NCBI GenBank assembly: GCA_045580125.1
Contig: JAZNNE010000022.1
Coordinates: 30-64,029, forward strand
Direction: 5' to 3'
Length of the DNA: 64,000 nt
From: Faecousia sp.
Lineage (GTDB): Bacteria > Bacillota > Clostridia > Oscillospirales > Oscillospiraceae
The position numbers and the translations under genes are program-made. The notes under the pieces are model-generated. The model was not told where the DNA came from and made no database searches. It saw nothing but the letters and a program-made list of their open reading frames with translations. Positions 57,167 to 64,000 of this stretch are shown here, piece after piece (position 1 is the stretch's first letter; the number at the start of each line of letters is the position of its first letter).

Positions 57167-58018
57167 TTATAAAATCTTTCTTCTGGTTAATTTTTGCGTT
57201 ATTTTATTAAAGTTGGTAATAATCACGTCGCCGGTTAAGCGCAGACGGCTATCTTTATTATTTTTGTTAATGACCTCTATATTGCGGTAAATTTGTTCCA
57301 GATCATCATAGCCATCGCCAAAATACTCTTTTAAGATGTTTTTCGTTCTTTCATAACCGACTTCCAACATATTATCAATGCTGTCCTGTTGGAACACAAA
57401 TGATTGTCTTAACGAAGTTTCGTCCGGGAAGGTTATTTTAATAATTTTGTTGTCAAACTCTGTGCTTTCAAATTTATAGCAAATATCATCAAAATATATA
57501 CAGATGATATAATCTATCTCACGATCTAAAAGCGGAAAAACGGGAATGTTGTCGACCACAGCTCCATCAAAATATCCCGAGCCGTCAACCTGAACGGAAC
57601 GGTTGCAAACAGGTAACGCAACCGCTGCTTTTAAGTATAGCGGTATTTTATCTTTGTCCACCTTGGATAAATCTTTATATGCGATATTTTTGGCGCTTAA
57701 CTCAAGCAAAGAACAGTAAAATTCAGAAGATATTGAATCGTTGGGATCATACAGATTGATGATATCTTGTTGCAAAATATCGCTTCTAAGGAATCGGGTC
57801 AAGCCCATCTTCTTGCCATTGCTGCAAATCTCACTCCACATTTGCTTTGCCCGCTCAAGCTTGTTTGTCATATAGGCATAACCATTGAGCGTGCCTACGG
57901 AAGCGCAAGATACATATTTAATTTCTTCAGACGGTATAATTTCGCTTAATGCATATAAAGCGCCAAGCTGAAGTGCGCCTTTAGCCATTCCTCCGGCCAA
58001 TACAAGTCCTATATTCAT
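57167..58018 (-). CDS. Patatin-like phospholipase
   Basis: LAGGMAKGA glycine loop, CASVG nucleophile elbow, YFDGAVVDNIP (DGA/G motif). Confidence 0.88.
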   Translation of the reverse strand: MNIGLVLAGGMAKGALQLGALYALSEIIPSEEIKYVSCASVGTLNGYAYMTNKLERAKQMWSEICSNGKKMGLTRFLRSDILQQDIINLYDPNDSISSEFYCSLLELSAKNIAYKDLSKVDKDKIPLYLKAAVALPVCNRSVQVDGSGYFDGAVVDNIPVFPLLDREIDYIICIYFDDICYKFESTEFDNKIIKITFPDETSLRQSFVFQQDSIDNMLEVGYERTKNILKEYFGDGYDDLEQIYRNIEVINKNNKDSRLRLTGDVIITNFNKITQKLTRRKIL

Positions 58019-58218
58019 TCGAGCGCTCCTTTAAACAAATAACAGCAAAAATTATTGTTTTGCTACTATGATCATAATGTTTGAATGATTATTTGGCTAC
58101 TATTATACCAAATACATTTAAAATAACAAGTGTTTTTACTCAAATAGTATTATTTTAAAGATAATTGTCAGATTTTGAAAAGTACAAGTACCGAAAACAA
58201 GTCGTTTGGGTGTTTTCT

Positions 58219-58463
58219 TTGGTTGCGGAAGGCACACTCGAACCTGCGCCCTGTTGCGGTGCCCGATAAAATCTTCGGGCTTACGCTTTTCCTCGGTTTT
58301 ATCGACCGCTGCCACTCGCTCGCCTTCCTTCCTCCGCCACTGGCGGCGGTCGGCTCGCTCCCCCAACGAGCTACGCTCGTCGGTCTCATAACCCGGAAGT
58401 CGCTTGAAGCTTGCTTCATAACCAAAGAAAACACCACCCGTTTGGGTGGTGTTTTCTTTGGTT
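58219..58463 (+). repeat. tRNA-Met-derived structured repeat, copy 1
   Basis: Inverted degenerate tRNA 3' end, nested hairpins, GCTCGTCGGTCTCATAACCCGGAAGTCG...ACCA, then a 20-bp-stem hairpin. Confidence 0.7.
58420..58463. terminator. Perfect 20-bp-stem hairpin following the tRNA fragment
   Basis: AACCAAAGAAAACACCACCC-gttt-GGGTGGTGTTTTCTTTGGTT. Confidence 0.8.
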
Positions 58464-58503
58464 GCGGAGGCAGGACTCGAACCTACGACCTCCGGGTTAT
58501 GAG
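58459..58503 (-). other. 3' half of tRNA-fMet (anticodon loop to CCA); putative att core at a genomic island boundary
   Basis: Reverse complement CTCATAACCCGGAGGTCGTAGGTTCGAGTCCTGCCTCCGCAACCA; the D-arm and 5' acceptor strand are absent. Confidence 0.88.
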
Positions 58504-58615
58504 TAAACGCGCCCAGGTATATTTGTACTTTTTGTGCTGCATTCCAACGCATTTATTATGATTCGGGTATGTTTGATCAGCATTTACACTATGGAAATTA
58601 GAAAATAAAGATGCG

Positions 58616-58635
58616 TTGGCGTCGATATTGGCGTC
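58616..58635. repeat. Direct repeat TTGGCGTC x2 (12-bp period), possible integrase arm-type site
   Basis: gcgTTGGCGTCgataTTGGCGTCaa, about 113 bp inside the att-like core. Confidence 0.55.
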
Positions 58636-58672
58636 AAATGATAGCGCATCTGCTTTTTGTGGCATTCACTGT

Positions 58673-58930
58673 TCAATCGCCAAATTCTGCTTTGATTCTT
58701 TCATTAGCCTTCGCATCCAAACCCTTAGGCAAAAGTTTCAGATCATCTTCCTTGATTGCAATTGTTGCAATATTATCCTTATCGCCGTACTGTGGAAAAC
58801 AAACAAGATGCATTCCGTTAATGCCGCGAGGATCGCAAATCCACCCTTGCATCCCTTTGTGAACGCCTTCTTTCGCATACTTATTTTTTTCAACTATAAG
58901 TTCTACACAATCCATTTCCTTCATTATCAT
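58673..58930 (-). CDS. Small conserved protein (DUF4926-like, putative immunity protein)
   Basis: MDCVELIVEKNKYAKEGVHKGMQGWIC...ATIAIKEDDL; family resemblance recalled from memory. Confidence 0.7.
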   Translation of the reverse strand: MIMKEMDCVELIVEKNKYAKEGVHKGMQGWICDPRGINGMHLVCFPQYGDKDNIATIAIKEDDLKLLPKGLDAKANERIKAEFGD

Positions 58931-59104
58931 TTTCCTCCATAAGGCGTGTTCAACTTTATTTTTCCGCCGGCTTCAACCATCCAGCTGAAGGCATTCAAAA
59001 CAATGTATAATACCCTCTACCTGATGTACCCACTTTACCCAATAATCGCACCAAAATTTCTTTCTTGTGGCAAGCGGGGCATTCCATATTTTCTCAATTA
59101 GCAT
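58927..59104 (-). pseudogene. Internally deleted toxin-like gene
   Basis: GGAGG RBS and ATG 59104 give MLIEKIW...HCFECLQLDG*; the +1 frame continues WMVEAGGKIKLNTPYGGK* with an ATGA overlap into 58930. Confidence 0.6.
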
Positions 59105-59256
59105 CCTATCCCTCCAAAACGATAATAAGAACAAGTTGTTCTCCTAACCTTAGCTGGTGAAAGATACTAAGTTGCACAAAATATACAACTATCATAAACT
59201 TTGAGATAGGAAAAATCAATACCTTGCAATTTGCCTGACCGGAAGATTTCCTTTCT

Positions 59257-59482
59257 CGTTTCTGCAGCCCGGTTTGCGGTGCCCTATATTTTCGGCGGCA
59301 GGCAAAGCCGCCTTGAAAATATAGACCGCTGCACTGCGCTCGCCTCCTTCCTCCCGCCACCGGCGGCAGTCGGCTCGCTTACCCAACGAGCTACGCTCGC
59401 CGGTCTCACAACCCGGAGGTCGTTTGAATTCTACTTCATAACCAAAGAAAACACCACCCAAACGGGTGGTGTTTTCTTTGGT
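59257..59482 (+). repeat. tRNA-Met-derived structured repeat, copy 2
   Basis: Colinear with 58237-58462; GCTCGCCGGTCTCACAACCCGGAGGTCG...ACCA followed by the same hairpin. Confidence 0.7.
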
Positions 59483-59642
59483 GCGAATGTTCTCAATGGA
59501 TTCGAGAAAATAAACATAAAACAACCGACAATCACACATATATTCAAACCGTATCTAATTGGCACATTGGTGTTTTCAAAAATAGAGATATAAAATGTAT
59601 ATACAAACTAAAACGTATATACGAGTCAAGGAGGAAAACACA

Positions 59643-60026
59643 ATGGAAAAATTACCGAAATTTATTACTGACAAAAGAACGGGACTCCGGTATGAATTAT
59701 GCGGTGATTATTATATCGTCGCCGGTGAGGACGAGCCTGAACGAGAGCCAATCGGCATGTGGGGTCAATGGCATTTAAAGCATATTCAAAAACACAGTAA
59801 AGCGTTTTATAACAAAATGCTAAACGAGCATACTCTTTATGATTACCTCTTACAGTTGAATTGCGATGCCGAAGACACCTTTAATCGTTTGGTTAAACAA
59901 ATGGCCAAGCGTGAGGATGTGACCGAAAACATCAAAGCAGATAACCAAATGGATTGGGTTGGTAAGATGAATAATATTCGTCAAAGGGCAGCAGAAATTG
60001 TTTTTCTGGATTTGATTTATAACTAA
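59643..60026 (+). CDS. tnpV: TnpV-family protein
   Basis: GLRYELCGDYY, PIGMWG..HL, L..YL..LN.DAE, MAKREDVTENIKADNQMDWVGKMNNIR..A.EIV...LIY. Confidence 0.88.
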   Translation: MEKLPKFITDKRTGLRYELCGDYYIVAGEDEPEREPIGMWGQWHLKHIQKHSKAFYNKMLNEHTLYDYLLQLNCDAEDTFNRLVKQMAKREDVTENIKADNQMDWVGKMNNIRQRAAEIVFLDLIYN

Positions 60027-60028
60027 CA

Positions 60029-60066
60029 AAAAAGTATCGAAGTTCGAACAAACTTCGATACTTTTT
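60029..60066. terminator. Bidirectional terminator
   Basis: AAAAAGTATCGAAGTT-cgaaca-AACTTCGATACTTTTT. Confidence 0.85.
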
Positions 60067-60086
60067 ATTGATGAATTTTATCATCG

Positions 60087-60443
60087 CTATTTCATGATTT
60101 TTTTAGAAGAAAGTTTATCGATCAAATACCATACCTCATTGTTTTTTCTGTAGCATGAATATAAATCTTGAAGTTTTTTGTTAGTCTCTGATAACAAAAT
60201 AAATTCCGGGCATGTTTTGTCGTCGCAACTTTTAGAACGAAAATCTTCAATTGTTTTATCAAATTCTTCTCGAAAAGCAGTTGTGCTTTCATAAACTTCT
60301 TCAAAAGCCTTTCTGCGCAATTCGACAGCCATCTGCCAGGCAACATAATCTACATCATTTGATGCATGCTCAGATAAAAAACTTCTCATTTGTTCTAAGG
60401 TTTCTTCTTTAATCGTTTCTATAAACAACCCTTTTTCACTCAT
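60087..60443 (-). CDS. Hypothetical helical protein
   Basis: Open frame of ~118 aa ending at the terminator; no recognisable motif. Confidence 0.65.
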   Translation of the reverse strand: MSEKGLFIETIKEETLEQMRSFLSEHASNDVDYVAWQMAVELRRKAFEEVYESTTAFREEFDKTIEDFRSKSCDDKTCPEFILLSETNKKLQDLYSCYRKNNEVWYLIDKLSSKKIMK

Positions 60444-60502
60444 AGTATTACTCCAATGTAGATACACATCTCAAATTTAATATATGTGCTATTTCTTGCG
60501 CG

Positions 60503-62473
60503 TTAATTCTCCAAAGGTATATCGGTTAGGCAAATCCAACCTGTTGTATCGATAACTTTGCCCCATAAATTTCCGTCTTGATTTTTAACAGTCTCAATGG
60601 AGTAGTGCCATCCCTCCGACAAAGTTTTTATAATTTTGCTTTCGTATGATGGCTCGCTATAAATTTTATAATCTTCACTACGAACATAAAATTCAAATAC
60701 CTCCATATGATCTACAATTTCATATGTTTTATTATCAACTTTATATGCACGTCCGGATCCATAGTCCTCGAGCATAATGTAACCATCCTTCACTTCGGAA
60801 ATTATGGGTCCACAGTATGAATACATTGCATCATATTGGTTGCTTTTATGAAGAAGAACACTTCGAACGAAAAAGCCATTTCCGACTATCTTTCTACAAA
60901 TAGCACCCACCTTGGTATTTGATTTGATTGTTTCGATAGAAGAAGATAAATCATCACCAGTTGCAAATTGAATATAAATATCAGTTCCACCCCAATCTAT
61001 GTCCATTGACTTTCCACCGGGGACAAAAAGCGTATCATCCTCAATATACATTTGACATTTATTATTAATTTTATCTGGAATTAAATATTCGGCATCAGAG
61101 AACACCGCACATACAATTTGTTTGTCTGCACCTTCACCATAATCATAAAGAACTTTTTGATTTGATAAATCTTTTGCATAGAAAAGTATTTGAACATCTG
61201 TATTTGCAATACGATAAAGATTCGCTTCTGATAACGTACCTCCACCCGCTGTAATTTCTGAATTGCTATCTTTTTCAAGTTCGAATCCTAAAGATGTAAT
61301 ATCATCTGCCGTGGTTGGCGTTTTAAGCCATGACAATAGCAATTCTGACGTTACCTGTAAAATAGCAGGTTTATCACTTTTTTCCGACAACTTAAATTCA
61401 ACATTTTGATTGCCTATTGATGCAAAGTCGCCAGTATTCTCCATTTGAACTACAATAGATATACCATCATTTTTTAACATTATACTGACTTTACCCGAAT
61501 TACCAAATGTATCCGTAAATGAATACGACTGTTCTTTCCCGTTCCAAACGCCTTCAACATTTGCCTTGGAAGTGCCGTTCGAAGATTCCGTACTCATTTC
61601 CAGCAATACCTCAGTGGCGTTTTTAATATCAAGATAAAGCGAAAACTTCTTATCCATTGTTTGATAGTATCCATCGTAGCGGTTAAAAATAGCTTTGACT
61701 TGTTTTTTACTATCCTTATATTCAAGTATGCTTGAATATAAATCATATGCCTCAAGAAAACTTTCATTTTCCACCAGATTTTGAGCATTATCATATATTT
61801 CTTGATTTGATTGCTGAACAGGTGGTTGAGGATCATCTGATTTGTTTAAATATGAGAAACCAAATATTCCAATCGCTATCAAAAATAGTACACTAGCTAT
61901 GCCCAAAACTATGTTTCTCAATTTTTGGATTTTTTTATTGGAATTAAGTATATCAAGTTCTTTTTCTCGGCCCAGTAATCTAAGTACACCCTTTTCTAAA
62001 TCCATTTCCCAACCAATTGATGAGAAATCCAAAGCTTGAATTTTGCTTAACTCTTTCGGAATATCTGACGGCTTTATATCTGCAACAAGAGGGATAACCG
62101 TCTTGTCAGAAATATATTGTCCGTATTTTTCTAAAATGAGTCTAAAATTGTCAACATTAGCTCCTACTACCAAAATAATTTTCGCGGCACGAACAGAAGA
62201 GTATCTAAGCAATTCTAATTCATCACCAATAATATTTGTTGCAGAAACTCGTTCATAAAATGTATTAATCTTTTTGGACTCCAACTTCCGAAAGATTTCT
62301 TGTGCCACAATACTATCTTTAGTTCTTCTGCCACTAGAATCACTTTCAATATAACAAATATGAACGTCAATGTCTTCATAAACATGATCTATTTTATAAG
62401 AGGTATTACAAACATTGCATATAGCAACACCGTTTTGAAATTCAAGAGTCCCCCCACAATTTTTACATTTCAT
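60503..62473 (-). CDS. Zn-ribbon, degenerate TIR, TM, TPR-like, extracellular region and SH3b-like domain protein
   Basis: CKNCGG...CNVC; DVHICYIESDSSGRRTKDSIVAQEIF; TM IVLGIASVLFLIAIGIFGFSYL; YDNAQNL..YKDS; C-terminal YKIYSEPSYESKII...WGKV..TGWICL. Confidence 0.8.
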   Translation of the reverse strand: MKCKNCGGTLEFQNGVAICNVCNTSYKIDHVYEDIDVHICYIESDSSGRRTKDSIVAQEIFRKLESKKINTFYERVSATNIIGDELELLRYSSVRAAKIILVVGANVDNFRLILEKYGQYISDKTVIPLVADIKPSDIPKELSKIQALDFSSIGWEMDLEKGVLRLLGREKELDILNSNKKIQKLRNIVLGIASVLFLIAIGIFGFSYLNKSDDPQPPVQQSNQEIYDNAQNLVENESFLEAYDLYSSILEYKDSKKQVKAIFNRYDGYYQTMDKKFSLYLDIKNATEVLLEMSTESSNGTSKANVEGVWNGKEQSYSFTDTFGNSGKVSIMLKNDGISIVVQMENTGDFASIGNQNVEFKLSEKSDKPAILQVTSELLLSWLKTPTTADDITSLGFELEKDSNSEITAGGGTLSEANLYRIANTDVQILFYAKDLSNQKVLYDYGEGADKQIVCAVFSDAEYLIPDKINNKCQMYIEDDTLFVPGGKSMDIDWGGTDIYIQFATGDDLSSSIETIKSNTKVGAICRKIVGNGFFVRSVLLHKSNQYDAMYSYCGPIISEVKDGYIMLEDYGSGRAYKVDNKTYEIVDHMEVFEFYVRSEDYKIYSEPSYESKIIKTLSEGWHYSIETVKNQDGNLWGKVIDTTGWICLTDIPLEN

Positions 62474-62474
62474 A

Positions 62475-64000
62475 TTAATCTAACCTCGATATCCATTCTG
62501 ATTGTACCGTTGTTTTTTGCTTTGTTTCACCATTTATCAACCCAGAACGAGTCACATAATAATCCAAAGAACCTGTAATGTTTTCAGCGAAAATTACATC
62601 CTGTTCGTACACTCTATGCCCATCTATGGCGACTATTTTGCCGGCACTGGTAAGCAATTTGTTGATGCTAACAACATCTACAATTTCGCTTGCTTCACGT
62701 TCGCTAAATGTTCCGTTGATATATGTTTGCAACTTGCCATCTTTGGTTAAAGCCACGATAGAAAACTCGGAATTTTCTTCTCCTGGTGCAACAGCTTTCA
62801 AACATTTCACATTAGAAAACTTTGATAAGGTATTATTGAAACCAATATCTTCTCCAGTAATTGTTTGTGACACACTATTGCTAATAAATTCAACGTTATC
62901 TATATAACCGCACAGCGTCCCATCTGATTTGATTGCAATTATCATTTCGTTTTGTGTGCCTTGATAAAAACCTTCATAGTAAAATTCGAAGTCAACAATG
63001 TCTGTAAACTTTGAAATAACGCTTTCCCAATTATCCTGTGTTTCATTAGCGTAATCGTCATCTCGTACAGCGCGTGCAACACTCATAGTTCCATCCGAAT
63101 GAAGAGCAACCCAATGAGAATAACTGATTTCTCCTGAAATTTTAATTACGTCACTTAAAGGTTTTTGCAACTCTATATTAGAGACATATCCATCTTCATG
63201 TACAACGGCAAGATCCCCGCCCATCCCTAAAGAGGCAACCTTCCCATGTTCTTGAAGAGATATATTTTTGTGTGCTATACCCTCGCTCATTGGACTTACT
63301 GCTCCGTTATTATTTATATAATAACAGTCATTTTTTTGGTATACACTATATCCATCCATTACAGCCAAAACAGCGGTAGCACGTCTCCACGATAATGCGG
63401 ATTTTTCTTTTTGTTCAGTGGCATCTTCATAATCGCCAAGTACATCAAAAGCCCAAGTTGCCTCAGCATAATTGCCATCATAGTAAAGTTGCATGGCAGC
63501 ATCATATTTAGGTTGAACGGAGCATTTTTCAACCATCTCTTTTGAGTCTTTATAATCGCTAAGTTTTTCAAATTCTTTTGCTGCATCCTCATACTTGGCG
63601 TTTTCAAACAGTTCTTGAGCATATAAATATGCGGCTTGATATTTTTTATCTTCTAAATATCCGGGCAGGAAAATCGCGGTAACAGCAATGGCAACTGCAC
63701 AAACTATTGTTGCAATTATGCCAATTGTTTTACTTATTTGCTTACGTCTTTTTGCCTTCATAATCGGCAATGGTATTAGTTTTTTAATACCTCTAAGCAG
63801 TTCATCTGTAAAACCGTCAGCAGACATATCATAGGCAGACAAAAGTGCAAATTCTTCAGGTAGATCCGCTTTGTCCATATCAAAATACAAAGGCAATAAT
63901 GTTTTAGAATTATCGTTTTGTCTAAACCCTAAAAATCTCGCCCATTCATTTTTAACCCATACTGCATTGATGTTTTCCTTGGAAGAGCAAATTGTCAGCA
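62475..64000 (-). CDS. TIR, TM, TPR-like and RCC1/BLIP-II-like repeat protein (5' partial; frame stays open past 63896 to the window edge)
   Basis: Manual translation of 63998-63897: LTICSSKENINAVWVKNEWARFLGFRQNDNSKTL, joined to LPLYFDMDKADLPEEF; TM IIATIVCAVAIAVTAIFLP; DYKDS repeats; VALHSDGT, IAIKSDGT, VALTKDGK repeats. Confidence 0.85.
   Translation of the reverse strand, partial: LTICSSKENINAVWVKNEWARFLGFRQNDNSKTLLPLYFDMDKADLPEEFALLSAYDMSADGFTDELLRGIKKLIPLPIMKAKRRKQISKTIGIIATIVCAVAIAVTAIFLPGYLEDKKYQAAYLYAQELFENAKYEDAAKEFEKLSDYKDSKEMVEKCSVQPKYDAAMQLYYDGNYAEATWAFDVLGDYEDATEQKEKSALSWRRATAVLAVMDGYSVYQKNDCYYINNNGAVSPMSEGIAHKNISLQEHGKVASLGMGGDLAVVHEDGYVSNIELQKPLSDVIKISGEISYSHWVALHSDGTMSVARAVRDDDYANETQDNWESVISKFTDIVDFEFYYEGFYQGTQNEMIIAIKSDGTLCGYIDNVEFISNSVSQTITGEDIGFNNTLSKFSNVKCLKAVAPGEENSEFSIVALTKDGKLQTYINGTFSEREASEIVDVVSINKLLTSAGKIVAIDGHRVYEQDVIFAENITGSLDYYVTRSGLINGETKQKTTVQSEWISRLD

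Larger units (their letters stand above)
58504..64000. mobile_element. Left end of a putative tRNA-Met-integrated genomic island (continues beyond the window)
   Basis: att-like tRNA fragment, arm-type repeats, abrupt AT enrichment, tnpV, toxin/immunity relic, TIR genes; no integrase in the window. Confidence 0.65.

Noticed and set aside
58459-58535. Complete tRNA-Met gene
   Set aside because: Only the anticodon loop to CCA is present; sequence beyond 58503 cannot form the D-arm or acceptor stem.
58136-58561. ORFs containing THNPEVVGSSPASAT and overlapping frames
   Set aside because: Translations of the tRNA-Met fragment and structured repeat, not proteins.
58197-59482. CRISPR array or attC integron cassette array
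   Set aside because: Only two full hairpins and one partial, irregularly spaced, with conserved rather than unique intervening sequence; no cas gene or integron integrase.
59643-60026. IS element or transposase
   Set aside because: TnpV has no DDE, HUH or recombinase motifs, and no terminal inverted repeats or target duplication were seen.
63896-63896. TTG 63896 as the start of the last gene
   Set aside because: The frame is open to position 64000 and encodes the TIR catalytic helix upstream, so the true start is outside the window.

Overview
Window from a Firmicute, probably an Oscillospiraceae/Ruminococcaceae-type gut or rumen clostridium (inferred from gene content and sigmaA-type promoters). 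It has five blocks. (1) <1-22.1 kb: a minus-strand surface-polysaccharide operon that runs off the left edge. It holds eight GT2s (one truncated at the left edge), three GT32-clan transferases, a GT4, WecB, Wzm/Wzt, a Wzy_C/O-ligase-type membrane protein, a pyruvyltransferase next to an FrhB-like Fe-S protein, and three hexapeptide acetyltransferases. A divergent GT-B gene and an acyltransferase-3 gene flank it. (2) 22.2-23.4 kb: two back-to-back zinc-ribbon membrane proteins. (3) 23.4-44.3 kb: an unusually dense lipid-handling region with an acyl-AMP ligase-ACP fusion, three PlsC-type acyltransferases, a free ACP, an LRAT/PLAAT-type enzyme, a PPTase, four alpha/beta-hydrolases and a fakB-fakB-fakA-plsX operon. 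It also contains an ECF sigma factor coupled to an anti-sigma-like membrane protein carrying a serpin domain. (4) 44.4-58.0 kb: unknown secreted proteins, an orphan GT2, a 2281-aa GH141-like beta-helix surface protein, a stand-alone condensation domain and a patatin. (5) 58.1-64 kb: an integration hotspot with the 3' half of tRNA-fMet, tRNA-derived structured repeats and arm-type direct repeats. It leads into an AT-rich island with a deleted toxin/immunity pair, tnpV and two coupled membrane receptors, one with an intact TIR catalytic motif and one with a degenerate TIR. There is no CRISPR array, rRNA or complete tRNA. All family assignments come from motifs read by eye; no database search was run.
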